Part shown: piece after piece, positions 31,201 to 39,719 of the stretch | Layout of the letters: every line of letters starts with the position of its first letter | Position numbering within the stretch: the first letter of the stretch is position 1 | Source: an uncultured virus (IMG/VR IMGVR_UViG_3300025122_000011) | Taxonomy: Duplodnaviria; Heunggongvirae; Uroviricota; Caudoviricetes | Reading direction: 5' to 3' (one strand) | DNA: 64,000 nt | IMG/VR virus record: IMGVR_UViG_3300025122_000011 | Program-made: the position numbers and the translations under genes | Notes under the pieces: generated by a model | Database searches by the model: none | Seen by the model: only the letters and a program-made list of their open reading frames with translations | Told to the model about the DNA's origin: nothing

Positions 31201-31869
31201 ATCAAATACTGGCTCTAGAGAAGGGTCTAAACGCCTTGAAGTTAGAATACCATTGATATTATTTTGTAAATCAGCCGCCCGCTCAATAAAGACTTGGAGA
31301 TCCTTTACCTCTGCAATCTCACTACTATATTTTGTCTGAATTAAAGCTTGACTCTCTTCCGGTGTGAGATAATAATTTCTCTCCTTAACTGAATTACCCC
31401 CACCATACCTAATAACTTTTGAAAAGCCATCAATACACTCAGCAATACTTTCAATCTGCGCCTTACGAGTTACGTAGTTATTATACAGATTTCCCCCAAC
31501 TGTCAAATATCCATTGAGAGCCCCCATGAAGCCCCCCAACTTATCCATCAGACTTCCCCCTTCACCTTCCCTATTCTGATTAGATGCATCAGTCATGAAG
31601 ACAAATTGACCTGTCTCAGTATCAAACTCAATAATACCTGTCTCTAAGAAGACCGCATTCGTAATTTGTTTGATCTTATCATTAGCCTTCTTTTCTGCTT
31701 CCTTTGAAGCTCCACCAGCAGCATTCAAAACGGATGATGGAAGTAGCTTTAGAAGATCATTGGTCATATCCAGGATACACCTAGGCACCCCAAACCCAGC
31801 ACCTACAGATTCTACTAGGTTACCTTGTTCCCCTTGTATTGCAGCAAATGTCTCAATATCGTATATCAT
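28270..31869 (-). CDS. Baseplate-associated protein with LamG/concanavalin-like domain and C-terminal SASA (CE6-like) esterase-fold domain
   Basis: LamG-like: GFTIDLW, VKVYLDS, GHMGGMKFYTRPL...EINQNF. SASA-like: FGPELSLA, IYIAK.GVSGS, GIFYINGESDA. Confidence 0.7.
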   Translation of the reverse strand: MIYDIETFAAIQGEQGNLVESVGAGFGVPRCILDMTNDLLKLLPSSVLNAAGGASKEAEKKANDKIKQITNAVFLETGIIEFDTETGQFVFMTDASNQNREGEGGSLMDKLGGFMGALNGYLTVGGNLYNNYVTRKAQIESIAECIDGFSKVIRYGGGNSVKERNYYLTPEESQALIQTKYSSEIAEVKDLQVFIERAADLQNNINGILTSRRLDPSLEPVFDKKWEDLIGDHFLVQKDPDEEPDAPVFRLIFGPPKSVKGQFLLSVDGLYFDSQKEDGLELALGELKRRQTTLKDGDRWKFDYDPNLGGKGVAISNDDLREYVGTIFDPNLIDNSSHIQEYYDKDGFLAVLLEQRDKKISDMEQQIIELSDTQGSLAIIDNTKQALLSEQALMDDKVNRRKKQIEIAVKAPSIYGKGARFSKGNIPINDFSYLRELNIAVALSKQQRLVLSQVDISGVVLPLKPEFVVATENREFTTFDNLLVPPVGLGEVVYDTSNVSATIGVPYAVTDSVVKKNLIGLFNFLDSEVVDPSSPLFLINNSSEESDYNNCQIVSKEASTVFTKGLGVPFFEGVTKHQASSLDPYQASAVGGFARLPDTTEFKDLMYGKKGFTIDLWTHVPTLMDPEHGWLDNGVSSQHRLLLANENVGIASGINPQASVTRMLLDQGDSVVRGFVMGFTRDNRIVTNSEPSNETTVNTSAGLGFYLAATQSFDSSSAGFISSGAGVCPSGPGWNNWSMNVTSTVNGLRFMDVAKEYMNITLTVAPEEGEVKVYLDSTLMATSSITAVFGSPNNEPPKLPSFYKDNSFEYSGINVGSSAGVDLGAGPRLNPFFTPWIVGGGYTDGFASGAASGNFMGGKYGGVRSGLRGHMGGMKFYTRPLDPVEINQNFNAQKSFFKNVRTVDNLTGRLFLLLGGENCAGQAMLSSIPDINSAYSSVKYDNVFIWNNRTSPDRIWENLEAGYNNKSYDTSWGAQTKFGPELSLASALSVQYPNENIYIAKMGVSGSYLEPSAGGSYSGVERSDWSTTSLAADASGNLFNMIFSSTGDSGLSKVQGLAVTGEGEPFLKARGNDLLQVCGIFYINGESDALGKPTVGNTAAADFDQNIQDFAYRLRHQLTATNWVDSTSIPFVQTVIHEDTDGQGTATIRATQLSVTGDIELAANVDLSAFTLEDNNRDLDASSLIELGDALVTSYLTIL

Positions 31870-32954
31870 TAGTTTCCGTAGTGATTCTTTTTTATAGGAG
31901 ATGGATTGGCATCCACAGCCTTCGTGTAGGGACCATCCTTTAGATAGATTACACTCCCCTCAATAGAACATACACCCTTTTCAGAAATGAGATTACTCTT
32001 CCCAGTAATCGCCTCACAGGATAGGTTTGCTTCTGCCTTTATATCTATGTTACCACCTGACTCTAATCTTATATCTCCCTTAGCCTTCATATGGATACTG
32101 TCCTCAGAAGCTATACTAATCTTCTTAGCAGCGTGAATGATAACCTCTCCATCTACACATTCTAATTGTAGGTGCTCGCCACACTTCACAAAAACTCTTC
32201 CCGTATCCTTGAGACAGGTAATATTGATATCCTTGTGCTTGCTCGTAAAATTGATATTGCCAGACTTATCTCTGTGCTCTTCTAGAGAGTTGAATCCTGT
32301 AGAATTGTTAGTGAAATGCATGTCCTGCCCATCCACAACAATCATCTTAATCTCAGACTCTTTACACGTAAATACCTGATAACCATGTGAAGTTGTTAGG
32401 ATACTTCTCGTTGGGTAATTCTTAGATTTATCTGATACAATTTTGATACCATCCCCTAGTTTATCTTCATTCTCAATAAGAATCATTCCAACGTCAGCAC
32501 TATCATGCATTAGAATCTTCTTTCCGCTACCAGATCTTAGTTCAAGTTTGACGTTATTAAAGTCTTTATTATACTGGTCAGACATGGTGATCGTGTGACC
32601 CATTGGGCTCTTCCAGATAAGCTTCTGAGGTATGCCTCTGGAGTCGTAGATGCCCTCTGGCGGCATCACATCTCTACAGAGGTCCGTTTGGATGTCTGGG
32701 TCTTCGGGATCAGGAATACCCCTTTTCCTTGACACAACGGAACCTAAGTAATACCACTCATCAGAATTCTCCACCTGAGTAATGAGAATCTCCGCTCCTT
32801 TTTCTGGGATAGCAATGAATCCACTCTGAGGATTTGTATAAAATGGAGACACGTAAATCACATCAAATAAGTCGTCGCCTATTGCTTCACAAAACACTTT
32901 CATCTTCCCTTCTTGGGAAATGTCCATTGTATCCATTACTTGTGCTTTTAACAT
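31869..32954 (-). CDS. Central spike gp5/VgrG-like protein (OB fold plus beta-helix; no lysozyme seen)
   Basis: GFIAIPEKGAEILI...WYYLGS, KSPMGHTITMSD, and short beta repeats at the C-terminus. Confidence 0.8.
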   Translation of the reverse strand: MLKAQVMDTMDISQEGKMKVFCEAIGDDLFDVIYVSPFYTNPQSGFIAIPEKGAEILITQVENSDEWYYLGSVVSRKRGIPDPEDPDIQTDLCRDVMPPEGIYDSRGIPQKLIWKSPMGHTITMSDQYNKDFNNVKLELRSGSGKKILMHDSADVGMILIENEDKLGDGIKIVSDKSKNYPTRSILTTSHGYQVFTCKESEIKMIVVDGQDMHFTNNSTGFNSLEEHRDKSGNINFTSKHKDINITCLKDTGRVFVKCGEHLQLECVDGEVIIHAAKKISIASEDSIHMKAKGDIRLESGGNIDIKAEANLSCEAITGKSNLISEKGVCSIEGSVIYLKDGPYTKAVDANPSPIKKNHYGN

Positions 32955-32956
32955 TA

Positions 32957-35368
32957 TTAGCTGCCCTCACCTTTTGATAATCTTATATCCTTCTTGGTAG
33001 TACTCTTGGAAGGTCTCTTTTGTAGGCTGAACTCGGAATAGACTTGTCTCGGAGTGATAACATGCTTATATCCCATTACCACGAATCTTCCCGAGAAAGC
33101 TGAATCTCGTCCGAAATCTACTTTCCTCTTCACAGCCCCTACAACCTCCCTGTCTTCCATTATGAACAAACAGTCCTTAGAGTAAACGGATAGCCCGTTC
33201 AAATAAAACATAGGTAAAGTCTCAATATTCACCTCAAAGGCATATCCAGCTAGTTGGTCAAGAGTTGCTAACTGGACTGACATTGGATGTAGAGTTGAAT
33301 CCGCGTCGATATCGAGGGAACCTGTCTTGGTCGCAGCAGACTTGGCAAACAAAGCGATAGCGAAGCTAACAAAAGCCGCTAAATCAACGTTATCCTCATC
33401 AATTAGTGCCCTGTCGCGTTCAGGAAGTAGAGCCAAGATATGATTCTTGAGCACTGTCTTCAATGATTTTAGGTTATTTCCTTTAGTCTGCATATGAGTT
33501 TTGATAATTTGATTGACATTCTTCACCTTAGGATACAAGGTCTCAATGGAGAATCCAGCTTTTGTTAAAGAGCATACTGCTCTAGGAACTATAGACTCCC
33601 TGAATGACTTCGTAAGTGCGGCGAAATAGAAGTGCTTGAAATCTATAGCTACCCTAGTGACATTAGGGTTCTTCACATTCATCTTGAACACAGGAATGTT
33701 TGCGAAGTTGGCAAGTGATTCAGCCAGTTCCAACGGAGTTTTAGGGTTAGATTCGAATACTCTGTCTGGTATTGCTAAGGCTTTAGCGATAGTCTCAGCA
33801 TAAAACTTGGATGTGAACTTCTTATCATCCTCATGCAGAACTAGTGAGGGGTCCTTAATGGCCCCACCCACCGTCTGCGCCGCAAACTCAGCCAACTCCT
33901 TTAGAAGCTCTACCTGCTCTTCCCCATATTCAGATACATCAATTGTGTTGACTGTAGTGACAATATCTCTAGCGAAATCTGGGCTATATTGGACTAGGGT
34001 CGCCCATTGGCGACCCAGACGTTCCCGTTGAAGGCTGCGCCCAGACCCATCGTTTCGAGTTTGGGGCATGAACTCTGTCTTGGCTAGTGACTTGTCCGCA
34101 TCCTCGTGAATATTCTTATGGTAAAGATACTCGTCAATCAGCTTGCTGTCTCCATAGACGATAACTGGGTCCTGCCCATTTCCGATTTTCAACTCATCCT
34201 TCCACACTTTCAGGATACGAAGATCTGACTCATACTCAAGAAGGAAGTTGGGAATATACTCCGCGCACATAAAACCCTTCTCAAACCTGTCAATCACAGA
34301 CATCAACCTCCCCTGGTTCCCCTTGCTGTCTTTCTGACTTCTAATCACATTGGTTACGCTGGGGTAAGTCTTCGCTGGGTTGGTGATGGTGTCTCCAGGA
34401 GACGCATCAATCATTAACCTGTAGTCACCGAACTTCTCAATTGGCTTCCTTTTGTAAGACAGGCTAAACCCTAGTAGGGATAGGAATGCTCTAATGTAAT
34501 CGATAGTCTGAAGCATAGCTACCGCAATATCACTAATCTCGTTGTTCTTACGGAGATTCTCAATGTTCTTACCCGCAACAGCCTCTGAATTGATATGGCG
34601 TTGGCGAATGAGACTAATGTGCGGAGCCAAAACTACGTTAACGTCTGGGATCAGCACAACCACGTTGTCTGTGTTGTGTACTCTCTTCAAATAGCCAGTC
34701 AGGAGATCAACACAGACCCTGTGCCAATCCATCTTTCCATCTTTCAGATATTCTAGGATAGGTTTACCTTTAGCTTTGAAAATCTGTTTGGAGTTCTTAG
34801 GGATTGAGACTTCATTGTATCCATCAAGAAACCTCTCGACGGTAAGATTGTTTATCGCCCCAGTAAAAACCAAAGTAAAGAGTCGGGTTCCCTTGGATAC
34901 ATCAAGATTTATCAGTGTTAACTGTGCTGCCATCACAGTCCACTTATTTATATCATCTCCAATTCCGTAAGAAATGAATACCCTACCAGTTCTAGACTCT
35001 TCCCTAACTACTGCCTTAGATAGTTGGTTAAAGAACTCAGTTTTGGATTCATCATTATCTCCGCTAAGCTTGGTCGATCCGATTAGATCGTCCACAATAT
35101 TTAAGAAGTTGGTTTGTAAGAATCTGTTCTCAAACTCCTTCTCAGGGTCGATGAACTTTATAGTGATTGTGGGAATCCCACCTTTCCTCCACTCATGTTC
35201 CAAGCTAATCAAGCCTGAGTCTCTTCCTGGTGAAAACAAGAAGATATCCTCGTGCTTGCCCAAATCCTCAAAGCTAGGCTTCTTCAGTCCGTGAAACTCT
35301 TTAAAGAAGAATGTTTTTAGGGATTCGAAGTTGCTGGTTAGGACTACATTTGCAGCTGCTATTTTCAT
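32957..35368 (-). CDS. Probable baseplate hub (gp27-like)
   Basis: Lies between gp53 and gp5. C-terminal FSGRFVVMGYKHVI....YSEFSL.K resembles hub proteins. Confidence 0.55.
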   Translation of the reverse strand: MKIAAANVVLTSNFESLKTFFFKEFHGLKKPSFEDLGKHEDIFLFSPGRDSGLISLEHEWRKGGIPTITIKFIDPEKEFENRFLQTNFLNIVDDLIGSTKLSGDNDESKTEFFNQLSKAVVREESRTGRVFISYGIGDDINKWTVMAAQLTLINLDVSKGTRLFTLVFTGAINNLTVERFLDGYNEVSIPKNSKQIFKAKGKPILEYLKDGKMDWHRVCVDLLTGYLKRVHNTDNVVVLIPDVNVVLAPHISLIRQRHINSEAVAGKNIENLRKNNEISDIAVAMLQTIDYIRAFLSLLGFSLSYKRKPIEKFGDYRLMIDASPGDTITNPAKTYPSVTNVIRSQKDSKGNQGRLMSVIDRFEKGFMCAEYIPNFLLEYESDLRILKVWKDELKIGNGQDPVIVYGDSKLIDEYLYHKNIHEDADKSLAKTEFMPQTRNDGSGRSLQRERLGRQWATLVQYSPDFARDIVTTVNTIDVSEYGEEQVELLKELAEFAAQTVGGAIKDPSLVLHEDDKKFTSKFYAETIAKALAIPDRVFESNPKTPLELAESLANFANIPVFKMNVKNPNVTRVAIDFKHFYFAALTKSFRESIVPRAVCSLTKAGFSIETLYPKVKNVNQIIKTHMQTKGNNLKSLKTVLKNHILALLPERDRALIDEDNVDLAAFVSFAIALFAKSAATKTGSLDIDADSTLHPMSVQLATLDQLAGYAFEVNIETLPMFYLNGLSVYSKDCLFIMEDREVVGAVKRKVDFGRDSAFSGRFVVMGYKHVITPRQVYSEFSLQKRPSKSTTKKDIRLSKGEGS

Positions 35369-35661
35369 TACAGTTTTGGAATTCTAATTCTGTCGCCAAT
35401 GTTGAAGCCCTCAAATGGGTCTCGTATGTTGTTAGCCACCATGACTAACCATCCCAAATCTACAGTATCGAAGAACGCATTTGAAATCAGGTCTGGTCTA
35501 TGCTTTACAGCAGGAGTAACAAAAACGTATTCAAACTCGTAATTGTCTTCCATATTCTCCAAAAACAATTTATAGGTATCATTGGTTACAGAAGAGATTA
35601 TAGGCTTATCCTTGTAGATAAACCTATCAAAACCAATTGATAAATGATTAAGGTATGCCAT
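35368..35661 (-). CDS. gp53: Baseplate wedge gp53/LysM-like protein
   Basis: HRPDLISNAFF...LGWLVMVANNIRDPFE.FNIGDRIRIP. Confidence 0.88.
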   Translation of the reverse strand: MAYLNHLSIGFDRFIYKDKPIISSVTNDTYKLFLENMEDNYEFEYVFVTPAVKHRPDLISNAFFDTVDLGWLVMVANNIRDPFEGFNIGDRIRIPKL

Positions 35662-36527
35662 TAGAACTCATACACGGAAATTTCCTCTCCCGTATCGAAG
35701 TCGATCCCCCCATCCAAGTAGAAGTGCTCGGCGATGTGCGTACTGGTGTCCTCAACTTGACGAGCGAGATCATTAGCAGGATCCATAATACCATAATCTA
35801 ACAGAGAGTCCCACCCAGTCAGGTTATCCCCCTTTATTTCATCTCCTGGCTTGTAATCTTCAAAGTCTCCCGCTTTGACCTCTGCCAAATTCATTGTAAC
35901 CATGATTCTCCTATTTAGGAGAGATGCCAGTTCATAGCCAGCTACCTCTTCTCCTGCTATTTCATACCCTTCACAAATAAACTTAGCGTCTCTGTAGAGA
36001 GGCCCATGCTTCAATATAATTATAGGTGGACCTAATTTAGGATTTCTAGTATTATTAGTAGTAGAAGATCTAATAACATTCACCCACCAAGTAATCAAAC
36101 GCACAGTGTCATCCTCTACTGACCGATTCCTAAAGAAAGGGAGAGGAGCTTTTTCAATATTAACATCTACAGAAGGCTCAAGGAACATACGCATGTCCAT
36201 ACGCATCTTAGCCTTCTCATCAGGGTTACTAGTGCCATACTGCATATACCTGTAAAGAGGTTCTTTGTTCTCTTTCCTTATGTGTGGGAGGGTTAGATTG
36301 AAAGTGAGCTTGAGACGACGAGACTTAGCTCCGGTGTAGGTGAACATCTCTCCCGCCCTGGACAGTAGATCATATTTGGCATAATTGGCTCTGCCTGTTT
36401 CTTGAATAAGTGGGTTCTCAAAGAAAGGTAGTGTTAATGTGATTCGTGATCTCGGAGAATCGGCACTAGGATACATGAAACGTATCAGTGACCGTTCAGG
36501 AAGTTCTCTATCTAAAATCTTAGCCAT
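35661..36527 (-). CDS. Tail tube initiator / baseplate-tube junction protein
   Basis: ANYAKYDLLSRAGE.FTYTG..SRRLKLTF...PPIIILKHG resembles tube-initiator proteins; lies between the tape measure and gp53 genes. Confidence 0.6.
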   Translation of the reverse strand: MAKILDRELPERSLIRFMYPSADSPRSRITLTLPFFENPLIQETGRANYAKYDLLSRAGEMFTYTGAKSRRLKLTFNLTLPHIRKENKEPLYRYMQYGTSNPDEKAKMRMDMRMFLEPSVDVNIEKAPLPFFRNRSVEDDTVRLITWWVNVIRSSTTNNTRNPKLGPPIIILKHGPLYRDAKFICEGYEIAGEEVAGYELASLLNRRIMVTMNLAEVKAGDFEDYKPGDEIKGDNLTGWDSLLDYGIMDPANDLARQVEDTSTHIAEHFYLDGGIDFDTGEEISVYEF

Positions 36528-38155
36528 TATCTCTGCCTATCCGTTTTATTCATGATAGGGTTTTGACCCTGGGTGTCCGCTTGCTCCATACGACGTATCA
36601 AAAGGTCATTATTCTTTTTAAGTTCGTCGAGAATAGCAGAATTCTGACCTCTGTGCATGTTGGCCTGAAATGCTCTATCAATCAGTTCCACCATTCTAGT
36701 TGTGTGAGCGGGAATATTAGTAGACCCAGTTAGTGCATCTGTCCTCATCTGCACATCTAAGCTTTTCTTCTGGCCTGCAATGAGCTTATTTGTTTGACCT
36801 GTCAGGATATTTCCAATATTATTGAAGTTCCTCGTTAAATCTGCCCTAGTCTTCTTGCGATTCTTTTCGGCCTCCTCCCTCAGGTGCCTAGCCCTCATCT
36901 TCGCATTATGATTCTGCACATCTGCGATCTGCCAGCCAAGTGTAAGCCTCATCGCCGCACCGCCGCTGCCAAACCAGTTATACTTGTCGTCGAATTTAGC
37001 GAGCTGCAGCGCGAGCCAGCGAGCAGCCGTTCTGATCTCACCCCCCCACTCCCTGATCGTAGAGTTCAACGTGATCAGAGGACCGGAAATCAAATCCGCC
37101 CCGGCTCTCACCTCCTTCATAAAATCGAAACCCATTGGAATCAGCCCTTTGGTTATGGAATACATCAAACGACCAATAATAGCCTGAAGAGTCATCCTAG
37201 AGATGTCCCCTCGTTTAGAAGTTTGAATATTACTTTTGATACCCTTAGCGTAAGCCTTGGCAAGAACAGCCATTCCAAGAACATCTTTACCGAGCATACT
37301 AGTTATGGCTCCAGTTCCAGCAGTAAACTGGTCAATTCCCCCCCTCGTCTGGTCAACCCAATCACCAACAAACGCTCCGGTTTTCACCATCATTCGCATG
37401 ATTAGAGCCGCCATCCCCTCAGAAGTTTTCACAGAAGCCATAGCGGCTCTCTCAGCTTGCGCTCCAACTAGAGATACTTTACCTAGCGTGTCTGTGGCGG
37501 TGAGCCACTTGATAGCCCTAATCAACGGATCTTTGAAGGCGGGTCCGACTACACCTAAAATCTTAGTTATCGCCCCCGTCATCTGTTCAGACAGGCCAAG
37601 AGCTTCAAACCCTGCCATCTCCGACGCAAGACCATCAATAGCCGTAAGAAGTTTATCGGCAGAGATAGCTCTCTTTTGTGAGGTATCTATAATGATTTCA
37701 GACAATTCGGCGATAGCTTCGGTGCTCATATTGGTAGAAGTTTTCAGACCAGCCATGGTCCTAACTACATCCAGCGCCCCCTTACCAAAAAGTTTCTGCT
37801 GATTCATCAACTTTAGGAGACTTATATTGTTTCCATCAAGACCTTCCCTATGAGCCGCCAAAGATAACTGCAATGTTGAAATCTCATCAGATGAATGGCT
37901 AAGGGCTTCAGTGGCCCTTGAAAAGTGTCTTATCGCTGCCTTTGCCGTGATACCCATATCACCACCCATCTTATTCAGTTGGTTTACACCGAAAATCATT
38001 CTGGATATAACGGTAGTTAAGACCCCAATAATACTCCCAAAGCCGATTATCTTAGCCCCAATCTTGCTAGAGGATTGAAGAGCCTTTGATAACACGTTCG
38101 TCGCTCTGACATTAGCTGCGAGGGCATCTTCCAGATTTCCGCTTCGATCGACCAT
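36527..38155 (-). CDS. Probable tape measure protein
   Basis: 542-aa Ala/Gly/Leu-rich helical protein immediately upstream of the tube initiator and gp53. Confidence 0.6.
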   Translation of the reverse strand: MVDRSGNLEDALAANVRATNVLSKALQSSSKIGAKIIGFGSIIGVLTTVISRMIFGVNQLNKMGGDMGITAKAAIRHFSRATEALSHSSDEISTLQLSLAAHREGLDGNNISLLKLMNQQKLFGKGALDVVRTMAGLKTSTNMSTEAIAELSEIIIDTSQKRAISADKLLTAIDGLASEMAGFEALGLSEQMTGAITKILGVVGPAFKDPLIRAIKWLTATDTLGKVSLVGAQAERAAMASVKTSEGMAALIMRMMVKTGAFVGDWVDQTRGGIDQFTAGTGAITSMLGKDVLGMAVLAKAYAKGIKSNIQTSKRGDISRMTLQAIIGRLMYSITKGLIPMGFDFMKEVRAGADLISGPLITLNSTIREWGGEIRTAARWLALQLAKFDDKYNWFGSGGAAMRLTLGWQIADVQNHNAKMRARHLREEAEKNRKKTRADLTRNFNNIGNILTGQTNKLIAGQKKSLDVQMRTDALTGSTNIPAHTTRMVELIDRAFQANMHRGQNSAILDELKKNNDLLIRRMEQADTQGQNPIMNKTDRQR

Positions 38156-38604
38156 TATTTCTTACCTGCTACTCTCATATCTCTTTTTAACTCTACTTGG
38201 TGGATTCCACTCATTTTCCTAAGATTGAATGTCCTAAATCTGTCCTTACCTAAAATAGCTCTAAGAGTGCCAACCACTTTTCTATAACTAGCTAGGCGTG
38301 GATTCCTATATAGACTCTTCACGATTTCCTTCAAAATTACATCCGAAACTCCTTCAAGTCTGAATACAGTAACTAGAGGATTATGCCTCGTAGATATGAA
38401 CAATCCGTTCCCTCTACCAGTAGAGACTATGAGAGCGATCACCGTGGACAAACCATACCTAAAGGCAAGAATGTGTCCTGCACTAATATAGAAAGGGCTG
38501 GCAGGGATCTTACGAAGATATTGGGCAGCTTGCCGTCCCGTCCTGATCTCTGGTCTTCCTGTTGATACAAGAAAATTCCTTAATTCTTTTGAAAACTTCG
38601 CCAT
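38155..38604 (-). CDS. Basic hypothetical protein (start probably ATG 38604)
   Basis: MAKFSK... The longer ORF would overlap the divergent gene. TAATG-coupled to the tape measure gene. Confidence 0.65.
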   Translation of the reverse strand: MAKFSKELRNFLVSTGRPEIRTGRQAAQYLRKIPASPFYISAGHILAFRYGLSTVIALIVSTGRGNGLFISTRHNPLVTVFRLEGVSDVILKEIVKSLYRNPRLASYRKVVGTLRAILGKDRFRTFNLRKMSGIHQVELKRDMRVAGKK

Positions 38605-38647
38605 CGCTAGCTTTAATACAATACAAAATAGATAGCTTTGATAAGAT

Positions 38648-38962
38648 ATGCATAGAGATATAGATGTAGATATAGTTGATTTCCTAGACCTCATAGACGA
38701 AACCTTGAGTAACAAGTTCATCCTTACCTGGAGACACAGGTTTAGTGAAAAGTTCCTAAAGCAGTTTCAGCTAAAGATACTCTCTTCCCTGAGTAAACAG
38801 AAGCCCCTAAAGTTGAAATCTTTATTCAACTATCTAACGCGAAAATGCAGCTATAGTCCCGAACAAGTGACCAACTTCTTCGGGTCCATAGACATAGATC
38901 TCTACAGACCCCTTATTCAGGGATCAATGCAGGATCTTCCTGGGGCTTCTTCTTCCTTGTAG
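38648..38962 (+). CDS. Hypothetical protein
   Basis: 104-aa ORF with natural composition filling the gap between two minus-strand genes. Confidence 0.6.
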   Translation: MHRDIDVDIVDFLDLIDETLSNKFILTWRHRFSEKFLKQFQLKILSSLSKQKPLKLKSLFNYLTRKCSYSPEQVTNFFGSIDIDLYRPLIQGSMQDLPGASSSL

Positions 38963-39719
38963 GCTTCTTCTTCGCGTTCTTCAGGTTTTCCTGAAGTTTC
39001 CCAGGCTTAGTGTGTATAGGGCATAATTCCTTATAGTCACACCAGTTGCAGAATTGATTCTCTGTAGGAAAGAGATCATTTACTTTGGCCTTTCTCATTT
39101 TCCATACATCTTCAATTAGCTTGTTTTGCCAAACAGCCATCCTCTTCCTACCAAACTTTACTGTCACAAAATTATTAGTAACTGGGTAATAGTGGGCACA
39201 AGTGATCTTATCCAGGGATACCCCTAGTTCTTTATGGATAGCGTAGGCATATCCTTGAAGCTGTTTATCGAAGAACAAATCGTGTGCCTGTTTTTCCCTC
39301 TTGGAAGTCTTGTAGTCTACGATGAGCACTCCACCGTCTGTGCCCTTGATAACACGGTCGATGATGCCATTGACAGTTATGCCTTCAGCTAAGTCAACTT
39401 CGTATTTTATTTCCGTCCCGATAGTCTCAGAAAGATTTGCGTTCCATTTCAGGAAGTTGCGTAGACAAAGCTCGGTTCGGTCCCTATAATGGTTGGGGAT
39501 CTTGAAGGCAGCTTTGTGCTCTTCGGCTAGGTCTTGAAGAGTGGAAATGTGTTTTGCCTCATATCCATCTTCAAGAATCTTATGAATGTAAGACCCGAAG
39601 TTCAAAGCTAATGCGTTTTTAGGTGTTCCAACATACCTGTCATGGTATCTATACTTATACGCCAACTTACATTGGAAATACAATGAATGTTTTGAGTTAC
39701 TTACAGTGGATACGAACAT
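38913..39719 (-). CDS. PD-(D/E)XK exonuclease (RecB/AddB/Cas4-like) with probable Fe-S cluster
   Basis: FGSYIHKILE, GIIDRV, IVDYKT and QLQGYA. N-terminal QC plus C-terminal CNWCDYKELC give a 1+3 Cys pattern. Confidence 0.88.
   Translation of the reverse strand: MFVSTVSNSKHSLYFQCKLAYKYRYHDRYVGTPKNALALNFGSYIHKILEDGYEAKHISTLQDLAEEHKAAFKIPNHYRDRTELCLRNFLKWNANLSETIGTEIKYEVDLAEGITVNGIIDRVIKGTDGGVLIVDYKTSKREKQAHDLFFDKQLQGYAYAIHKELGVSLDKITCAHYYPVTNNFVTVKFGRKRMAVWQNKLIEDVWKMRKAKVNDLFPTENQFCNWCDYKELCPIHTKPGKLQENLKNAKKKPTRKKKPQEDPALIPE

Noticed and set aside
26235..36527. Bacterial T6SS or extracellular contractile injection system
   Set aside because: Capsid, portal, terminase, protease and neck genes are in the same region, so the gp25/gp6/VgrG/PAAR-like genes are a phage baseplate.
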